From Eledone cirrhosa (Eukaryota), in contig OZ024742.1 of the NCBI GenBank assembly GCA_964016885.1, positions 209,622,001 through 209,686,000 of the forward strand: a stretch of 64,000 nucleotides of DNA, read 5' to 3'. The translations under genes and the position numbers were made by a program. Shown piece by piece: positions 54,901 to 64,000 of the stretch. Each line of letters opens with the position of its first letter. Position 1 is the stretch's first letter. Below the pieces are notes generated by a model, which saw only the letters and a list, made by a program, of their open reading frames with translations, searched no databases and had not been told where the DNA came from.

Positions 54901-55479
54901 CGAGTTGAACTCTGGGCAACATTGACTGTCTATCACTCAGTGGCTAAGAGCCTGGAAATTACTGAATAAATGTTTGTGTCATATAATTTGTTGTTTTATT
55001 ATTATAGCTGACCACTTATAGATAAGCATGTTATCCATATCCATATTAATTTGGCATTTGTATAAACCATTTCAAGTAAATAGGTACCTTCTTTTACATT
55101 GACGGACATCTTTTATATTAATTATCTATATCTATATATAATATAAAAGATTGGAACTTCCATCATCCTTTTGAGAAACGTGGAACAACCACGTCTATGC
55201 AATGACACACGTTTTACAGTCAGGCAGAAGATGAACCATCTCCTAGAGGTCATTATTCTAGGTGGGAGCACCTAGAATTGTTCATATACTATGCACAAAC
55301 GGTATAACGAAGAATCTGGTATATCTAGAAAATTTTTTTAACTCTTTTTTTTGTATCACACAGACACCACGGACTCGCCTCATACTGTAACCAGACAAAC
55401 ATCCAATACAGTCATTTTCTCTTTTACCTGTTTTCTGTTATCATCTGTTTACCCGGGCGCAGCTGGGTACGTCAGCTAG
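48961..55479 (+). mobile_element. Helitron 2 (defective), possibly composite with a short Helitron at 55125-55479
   Basis: Putative 5' TC at 48961. 375-bp tandem duplication (49126/49501) and 201-bp duplication (54400/54601). A second TC start at 55125. 3' hairpin acccgggcgcagctgggt followed by CTAG|T at 55476-55479. Confidence 0.8.
49800..54369 (+). pseudogene. Helitron RepHel (HUH Rep + Pif1 helicase), fragmented
   Basis: YDPLHYVLLFPKG, GKPDFFIT.PCNPEW, IELQKRGLPHAHLLI (HUH), YLFKYVYKG, FIDAPGGTGK, LGGDFRQVLP, LCNGTRL and QFPVNLAFSMTIYKAQGQT. Confidence 0.93.
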
Positions 55480-55744
55480 TTATAGTTACAGATACAACAA
55501 TCCAAAAGGAATATAACGTTATGCCTAACTGAGCTAAATGTCAAAGGAAATACACTTCTTCTTCGAGCGTTGACCGGCCATTCTTTGGAACGTCATGCAA
55601 CGACTTGCTCTTGTGATTTGTAATAGCTTTTTTTCTACATGGGTTTAACTGCTCGGAATCAACCTTGTAACTGTTGTCTTTGACTCTGGGAGCCCGTTAT
55701 TTATCACTATCGCTCATTCAGTTTCCGGAGTACAAAAACAAGCA

Positions 55745-55935
55745 GACAGTACTCCCACGATTTCTCAAAGTCCTGCCGCAGTGTAAATATTTGGGCGGCT
55801 GTGCTGCGTCTGGGGCAAAACCTGCACTGTTCATCAGCTAGCTTGCACTTGACAATCTCCCTATATATTTTGGCAGACACTTAGCATATACTTCACCGAG
55901 AAGGCTCACCAAAGAGATCCCTCTATGATTGGAGC
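55745..55935 (-). mobile_element. RTE LINE fragment related to 10640-11590
   Basis: Colinear with 11060-11245 (cctgccgcagtgt.aatatttgg..gacaatctcccta). Confidence 0.65.
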
Positions 55936-56526
55936 AAGAAAAACACTAAAATTAAAAACCTTATTAAACAACAAACCATAAGCATCTAAACAACGTGAAC
56001 GATGTGAGATATAGATCAAATTGCGAACATCAAATTGTAGATTTTACACCTCCAGTTGTTATATTGTCGAAGACATGCCAGACCACACCAGCTCACTATT
56101 CATTTACAACAATGAACAGTTGTAATACCCTACTCCAAATCATACAAAACACAACTCGGTAGGGAAACATTAGTCTAAAACGTATCTACACTTTGCAAAT
56201 TTCCTCACAAATATAAATGATTGGTGAAAGAAGCAATCCTCATAAAACAACACAATACTAAAACACACCCACACACACACAGATAACATACACTAGTGAA
56301 AGAAAGGAAACACTTGATTGAATAGAACCGTGTGGAAATGGAAGCATCAATTGAAACATAAGTTTTAAATCTCCGAAGCCGTTTATGAAAGTATTGAAGA
56401 AGACAAGAAAACGACGTGGAAGAGGCTCCTATCAGAAGAAACCGTCACCGAATCATCATTTTTCTTACCTGTTGTACAAACCTGGCTGGACACAGAACAC
56501 TGCACAAACATTCTAAAAGTTCTATA

Positions 56527-57268
56527 GATTTATGAAATAATTGTTTCTACTTTTTGACACAAGGCCAGCAATTATTCCAGTGTATTACTGGTACTTTATT
56601 TTATCGACCCCGTAAGGATGAAAGGCAAAGTTAACCTCGGCCGGATTTGAACTCAGTCCGTAAAGGGAAGTAACTCTTTGCTGCAAAGCATGGTGTCCGA
56701 CCCTCTACCGATACTGCCAATCCATAGAGTTATGAAATAATTGTTTCTATTTTAGGCACAAGGCTAGCAAATTATCCAGTGCATTACTGGTACTTTATTT
56801 TATCGACCCCGTAAGGATGAAAGGCAAAGTTAACCTCGGCCGGATTTGAACTCAGATCGTAAAGGGACATAACTATGCTGGAAAGCATGTCCGACCCTCT
56901 ATCGACACTGCCAATTCACCGCCCTTTAGAGTTATGAAATAATTGTTTCTACTTTTGGTACAAGGCCAGCAATTACCTAGTACATTACTGGTACTTTATT
57001 TTATCGACCCCGTAAGGATGAAAGGCAAAGTTAACCTCGACGGGATTTGAACTCATAATGGAAAGGGCCGTAACTCTATGCTACAAAGGATGACGTAACT
57101 ATGCTGGAAAGCATGGCGTCCGACTCTCTACCGATACTGCCAATCCACCGCCCTTAGAGTTATGAAATAATTGTTTCTACTTTAGGCACAAGGCCAGCAA
57201 TTAACCAGTGCATTACTGGTACTTTATTTTATCGACCCCGTAAGGATGAAAGGCAAAGTCAACCTCGA
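56527..57268 (-). repeat. Tandem array of four SINE copies separated by the same spacer
   Basis: Each unit begins taga(g/t)ttatgaaat-aattgtttcta (~56526, 56725, 56927, 57155). The units differ in 5' extent. Confidence 0.9.
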
Positions 57269-57986
57269 CATATAAATAAGCCATAGATGACGAACATCAT
57301 TTAGTAATCTCAGTTTCATGAGGAGATAAAACGCCTCCATCCTTTTGAAGGAAAAAAAAAATAAAAAAGTGAGTATAAATCCTGGAAAACTGTAAGCCCG
57401 GTATTAAAAAAAAATATATATATATATCACAAGGGATTGACACTCCAAATTCACTATTCTCCTTTTTACTTTGCTCCACTTTTCAAATTAAATGGCACGA
57501 CGGTTCAGTTATATTCAAATATTGTAAGCGCGTCCATTGAGAATATCGTTACGGTGTTTGCGAAAATGTAAGACAAATCTTTATATCTCAGACAGAAATG
57601 TTTACTTTTATTTCTGGATATTTTTTTTTATAATTGTCTGCTGATGGTTTTGTATTTCGCTCTATATCTTTACCATGAACAAGACGAAGGCAACGACGAC
57701 AACAGTGTCATTAACAACAACAACTCTACCATTAACAAGAGGAAGCCAACCCCAGCATTAGTGACTCACCACCAGCCACTAGGTCCTATGGCAAACTGCT
57801 CAGTTGCTCGCATGTGTGCGTGCTGAACTCCGCTGGGAACAGCTCCTTGTTTTCTGCCCCCCCCCCCCATTTTTTTGTGTACATCCATCCATTCACTCAT
57901 TCATTTACTGCCATTCTACCTTCCTGTGTCTCCCCCTCCATGCAGCCCCTTTTTGCTCTCGTTTTCTGGAACCTCCATATATATAG

Positions 57987-60900
57987 GTGAGCTATGCGGC
58001 CCTCCTACCACCACTTTCTCTTCCACCCACACACGCCAGCCACCCACCCCTGATGCCGCTCGGTGCCCCAGTCCCCGGTCCCACGCCCTATCCCCCACCC
58101 CTCCAAATCGACACCTGCAGCACTTGCCGCACCACTAACAAACGGAAGAGGGGCCGGAACTGTTTGGGGTGCGGCTGCTTCCACCACCTCACCTGCGTTG
58201 GCTTGACTCGTCGAGCTTCCAATGCCCTCGCAGCGTGGTGGTGCAGGAGCTGCCCCTTACCCACGTCTTCCCAGCCACGGCCGTCTGGCGCACCATATGT
58301 GACAGCGAGCTTGCCTGATGCCCAAGCCTCGCTGGTAAACATCGCTCGGCTCAGGCGGGTCCGGAAGATCCCACCCAGGATCCCGAGAACGGCACGTGTG
58401 CCGGCAGCCGATGCCCTCGCTTCCTCGATTGAGAGAGCCCTGGACTCCAATCGAGCCAGTGGCTGGGAGCGGATGTTCTATTTCGCCCCACTCGCCCTCG
58501 GCCTCACCAGCTCTGGCGCTGACCGGGGCGGCCGATCAACAGCAGCCTTCGTCAAGGTTAATGTCTCGTCATTTGGGCGAGCGCCCATTCCAAGCGCGCC
58601 CAGGGATGCTACACACCCCACCCTCAGGTGCCCCCTATCCTCCAACCTCGAGGCCAGCACCAAGCTTTTGCGTGACCAGGTAAACGCAAAGCTTATCATG
58701 GCTGATGTCTCGGCCACAGTCAGAGATGTTGCCTCAGAGTACACTGTCCTCCAATCCACCGAGGAGATCCTGGCTGCTCTGCGGCTCAAACACCCTGAGC
58801 CACCCACTGATCTCAGACCCATACCTCCACCCGACCCCCACTTGCTCCTTGTGGCTACTGATGCAGATATCATGTCCGCCATCAGGTCCTTCCCAGCTAG
58901 CAGCTGCAGAGGTGTTGATGGTCTCCGACCAGGCCACCTCAGGGGGTTGACATACCCCGTCTCCGCTGAGGCCGGGCGCCGCCTTCTGAATGCAACTGTG
59001 GCGCTCACCAATAGGCTCATTCATGGTGCCCTCGACCCTTACGCCCCAGGCCTCTTTTTTTCGTCCAGCCTCACCGCTATCAGGAAGAAAGAGGGTGGCA
59101 TACGCCCATTGCAATGTCTTCCGGAGGCCAAGGTGATCTGCAAGTCCGTCACACATGAACTGGGTGAGGAGTTTAGTCCGGTGCAACTGGGTGTCGGCGT
59201 GTCCGGTGGCTGTGAGGGAGCCGCTCATGCAATCAGGCAGTTCTTCAGCAGCTGCCCATCGGTACCGGCATCCAGGGACTCCAGGCACCTCATTGTCAAG
59301 CTTGTCATGAGGAATGCCTTTAACTATTTACGCCGGAATCATCTGCTCGAGGCCTGCCTCAGCCGAGCCGCCTCTGCCTACCTGCTGGCCTACCTGTCAT
59401 GTGGAGACCCGAGCATGCTCCTAGCTGCTGATACGGTCATACCCTCGGCTACTGGGGTCCAACAGGGTGACTCTTTGGGACCCTTCCTATTCGCCCTCGG
59501 TATTGATCACATCGCCCGGAGTATCACGGCCCCTCTCAACGTTTGGTATCTGGACGATGCTACGTTGGGCGGGTCCGTACGGACGGTCTGCCATGACCTT
59601 CAATCGGTGATTCCTGCCCTGTAGGGAATCGGCCTCCAGGTCAACTCGGCTAAGTCGTAGGTGGTGAACGTCAGCCTCGATGCTGCGAGCTTTGCAACCT
59701 CCGTCTCGGACGTGCGATCCATTTTCCGCAGGTTCAGGTGACTCCCAAAGAGGATGTTCTCATCCTCGAGACACCGATCCACACGCCGGCCATCCGCACC
59801 ACCATCAGGTCCAGGCTACAACAGCTCCAGACTCTCACGAGCCGACTGGGCTTGATTGACGGCCACCAAGCTCTCTTTCTGCTGAGGAACTGCTTCGCCA
59901 TGCCGAAGCTCCTCTATACACTCCGCAGCGCTCCATGCTACATCCAGAGATCTCTCCTCGCTGACCTCGATACTTGTATCCGAGCAACAGCCGAGGGGAT
60001 ATGCAACGTCAAATTTGACGACATAGGGTGGCAACATGCCATTTTACCGGTCTGGTATGGCGGCCTTGGTCCCCGATCTCACTAGCTTTGCCGGCGTATC
60101 TTTCGTCGGTAACCTCGTGCCGCGTCCTCGTCAACAGGGTTCTTCGAAACACTATAGAACCCTCTGTGTTCAGAGAACGTGAGGCCGCCTGTGAGACGTG
60201 GTACCGACTGGGACTTAGCCCAGTAGACATCCCTCCTCCTTCTCCCCATGTTGACGTCAAGTCCTCCCAACGCACTTGGGATGCCATCCAGTGCAGCCTG
60301 GCCTCATACAGGTTCACGCGCCAGCTCGACCAGCATCGCCTTGCTTGTTTGCCTGGCTCCATGCCCTGCCCTCTTTCTCCACTGGCACGCAGCTAAACAA
60401 CCATAGCCTGCGAATCGGCGTTTCTCTGAGGCTCAGCCTCCGGATCTGCCAGCCACAGCAATGTCGCTGCGGTTCCACCGTAGACTCTTTCGGCCTCCAC
60501 CCGCTTTCCTGTCGCCACAGTGACGGCCGCATTCCACGCCATGATGCCCTCAACGAGGTCATTAAGCATGGCTTGGACGCTGCAGGCTTCCCTTCCCAGC
60601 TCGAGCCGGTGGGGCTGGATCGAGGGGACGGCAAAAGGCCAGATGGCATGACCATCTTCCCGTTCCGCGGTGGCAAACCCCTCGTCTGAGATTCCACTTG
60701 CACCGACACTTTCTGCAGGCGCAACCTGGTGCAGCCTGCGACTGACACAGGTTCTGCTGCACGTCAGGCTAAGGGGGCCAAACTCCTCAAATACCGGTCG
60801 CTCTCCGACAGGTTTGCGGTCGTTCCCCTGGCAGTGGAGACTTCTGGTGTCCTCGGCCCCAGGGCTACCTCCTTACCACCATAAGCGCTGAGCTGGCCAG

Positions 60901-61088
60901 CCGAAGGTGTGAGCCCCGCGAGTTGGAGTGGCTTTTCCAGCGCGTCTCCATTGCCGTCCTCCGGGGAAACGCCTTCTCCATTCTGTCCACCGGGGCTGTG
61001 TGTGGGCCCCATTGCGTACCAATACATTAGTTAAATACCGTTCTTTCAACTGGTATATCTCTAAATTATATTTTGTACAATAATAAAT
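57987..61088 (+). mobile_element. CRE-clade non-LTR retrotransposon (Cys-rich N-terminus, RT, restriction-like endonuclease), disrupted
   Basis: GVDGLRPGHL, KKEGGIRP, QLGVGVSGGCE, NAFN, GVQQGDSLGPFLF, WYLDDATLGG, CRCG..HPLSC..RHD and KRPDGMTIFPF. GC-rich; ends in an aataataaa tail. Confidence 0.88.
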
Positions 61089-61214
61089 TGCGTAATCTAC
61101 CTAGTTGATGTGTAAATTCCAATGAGAGAGTCTTGTGTCTATGTTAGAAACCGACTCTCTCTCTATTGGTAAAAATTTGTGAAATTATAAAACCAGAAGA
61201 ACATACATACATAG

Positions 61215-63705
61215 ATACTACAGCAGTTGAAACAACAACTCACAGCTGCAGCAGAAAGACTAAAATATAAATCAACAGCACATAAACGGCAAGAGGTAAA
61301 TATATTATTTGCCAGAGATCCTAAATCAGTTTATCGCAGTTTCAATGGGAAAATCTCAATCTCTGAAAATGACACCACTACAAAAGAACAGGTTGAAAGC
61401 TACTGGAGATCTGTATGGGAAACGAATGATGAATTTAGCAAACAAACTAAATGGCTATTGAACTGGAATAGGAATACTGCCAGCATGTCCAGACAAAACA
61501 ATATGAAATAGATGGGTCAATACTGGAAACAGCTCTGCAGAAAATGTCGAATAGGAAATCACCAGGCCCAGAGTTCATAGCAGGATATTAGCTGAAGATC
61601 TTCACCTTCTATCGTCAATATCTCTTACGGCTGTTTAAAGAAACCATCAAAGGCACACAAGAACTGCCTCAATTGTTATCAACTGCCACTACTCTCCTCA
61701 TCACCCATAATAGCCACACCACCCTTGCTAAAAATTACCGCCCAATAGCCTGCCAGAACATCGTGTGTAAATTATATACTGGGTGCCATAATCTGTTCTT
61801 ACAAGATCACTGTGCCACCAACAAAATTATAACACCTGAGCCAGCTGGTGGAAAGAAGGAGGTGTGGGGTTGCATAGATCACCTACTAACAAATAAAACG
61901 ATACAGGAAAGAATAGCAAGGAATTGCAGTAACATGACTGTGGCGTGGCTGGATTATCAGAAGACTTTTGATAGTGTACCTCATGGGTGGATTATTAAGG
62001 CCTTACAGTTAGCCAAAGTCCCACAACCACTGGTAGCTGCTGTTGAACGCTTGACCAAAGATTGGTACACCTTAGGGGTGAGGAGCAAATTAAGACTGAT
62101 ACAATACACTACGAAAGAGGCATCTTTCAGGGTGATAGCTTATCAGTGCTGCTCTTTGTCCTCTCACTAAACCCACTCGAACCACTAAGCCTGCTCACAA
62201 AACAAGGTGGTCATAGAAGTGCGTCCAGAAGTATCACCCATCTTTTCTTTGTTGATGACCTGGAGTTGTATGGGCCAAATACCAACTATATTAAAAACCA
62301 ATTGAATCTCATTACACAATTTTCTGCAGACAACAGAATGAAATTTGGTAAGTCCAAATGTGCATATTTGACAGTACAACGTGGAAGAGCTGTGCACTCC
62401 TCTGGAAATCTAGAGATGAACGGCTTGACAATACAACCTCCACAGTCAGGTGCAAACTACAGAATGTCAGATATGATGGACCCATAAATAAGGAGAGAAC
62501 CAGAACCGAATACCTCAGGAGAGTAAAGGAAATATGGTCATCAGAACACTCAGCGTACAACAAATACATTGCCCACAATACTTATGCTGTGCCAATCCTA
62601 ATGCCAACATTTGGTCTGCTGAACTAGTCATTGCAAGAACTAAGTGAGATGGATGTAAGAACTCGCAAGCTTCTCAGTCTTACTGGAATCTTTAACATCA
62701 ATGGTGATGTGGATAGGCTATACTTTTTACGCAAAGAAGGTGACAGGGGTCTAAAATCCATATTAACATCATATGAGAACCGAATAGTAACACTCAAGCA
62801 ACATCTTCAGCAGGAGAAAAAGGTCAGCAACTATCAGCATAAAGGAAATCATTAGCATACCCACTTATCTGGAGGAAAAATATTGAATAAGGCCTGGTAT
62901 AAATCTCTCTCCCACGGGAATTGGAAGATCCTATTCAATGCTCGAAGAAGATAAAAGAAAGTGGAGCAATTTACTGAGAAAGTTGTATATGGGTACCTGA
63001 GACGAAAAACACAGACCATAGAGGGGATAAATCATTCAAAAAGCTTGGCATGGAGTTCTGACAAGTCTATGGCATCCCACGTTGAACGATATCCCTATGC
63101 AATACAGGGACAAGAAATCCCTACCAAATATCTGCTACACAAAAGAGGAGGGTCATCAGTCGACAATAAATGTAGGCTTTGTAAAACAAAGATTGAAGTT
63201 GTTAGCCACATTGTTGCCAACTGCGAAAGAATGTCGCCTCGCTACTACCTTCCTATGAGACACGATGTGATAGCTATAACCATCTGGAGGGCACTTACGA
63301 AAACAATATTAAAAACAAATGAGGAGGAATATGTTGAGATAGATGGCTGTAAAGAATACTGGTGGAACCTGAAAATAAAAACTGCCACCAAATTAACTAT
63401 TTGGTCTGATATTGTTGTTTGGGACCACACATTGAAAACGTGTTCTGTTGTAGAGATCAGCTGCCCACTTGATGTCAACGTTGTAAGAAAAATACAAGAG
63501 GAGGACATCTACGGACCATTGCGGAGGAGTCGTGGACAAAGAGCGCAGCTCCCTAATTCATAGACTACAAATGGTTGCGATAGGTAGCACCTTCCAAATT
63601 TGCAAAACATTATTGCGATTCAAGGGATGTCAATTTCCTTTCTTTTACAACCTTGCCAACAGGAATGTGGCCGGGCAAAAATATCGAAATTAAGAGAAAG
63701 AGAAA
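61215..63705 (+). mobile_element. Second R4/Dong-like element, 5'-truncated and disrupted
   Basis: KNYRPIACQNIVCK, WLDYQKTFDSVPHGW, GIFQGDSLS, FFVDDL, CRLC..H..C, RHD and EISCPLD. (CATA)n at both ends. Confidence 0.88.
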
Positions 63706-63872
63706 TATACATACATACATACATACATTGAATGAAGGTTTCTAAGAGATTATGTCTATACATACAAAAGTGTACTATACGAATGTGTAGAAATTTGCTT
63801 CTGCATCAATAATCATAAGTGTGTGTGTGTGTGTATACATATATATATATATATTGAATACACACACACGGA

Positions 63873-63905
<33 letters not shown>

Positions 63906-63910
<5 letters not shown>

Positions 63911-64000
63911 AAAAAGTATGACCCCGACGGCAGAGCTCAAGCCGTTTCGACGGCTATTTCTGGACTAAATTAGAATTTTTAGTCTGGTAAATAAATAGCC
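63906..64000 (-). mobile_element. HHR family B, copy 3 (cut by the window edge)
   Basis: Minus strand: ggctattt..stem II..aaatagcc gtc GAAA cggc-ttgagctct-gccg TC gggg. The CUGANGA box should lie just beyond base 64000. Confidence 0.65.

Overview
AT-rich, repeat-saturated animal DNA. The SINE families and microsatellite load suggest a cephalopod (Octopus-like) genome; this is an inference. I found no convincing host gene, and most listed ORFs are translated microsatellites. The coding remnants are all transposable elements: a ~4.4 kb palindromic Penelope-like element (PLE; RT + C-terminal GIY-YIG, 25701-30095), a Neptune-type GIY-YIG remnant, two Helitrons (one interrupted by a SPIN/Buster-like hAT), two R4/Dong-like and one CRE-like RLE LINE, and RTE and Tx1-like LINE fragments. 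tRNA-derived SINEs and a pogo-like MITE are also present. The most striking signal is a community of at least eight sequence-unrelated, mostly non-coding elements that each carry a minimal type I hammerhead ribozyme (HHR) and sit inside (TA)n microsatellites. At least five of these families occur as head-to-head fold-backs in which one arm has an extra 3' tail. In three families seen more than once, the other arm stops at a family-specific fixed internal point. One family is terminally redundant and circularly permuted (~464 nt monomer, retrozyme/circRNA-like) and is also fused to a PLE endonuclease remnant. All calls were made by eye; coordinates of degenerate elements are approximate.
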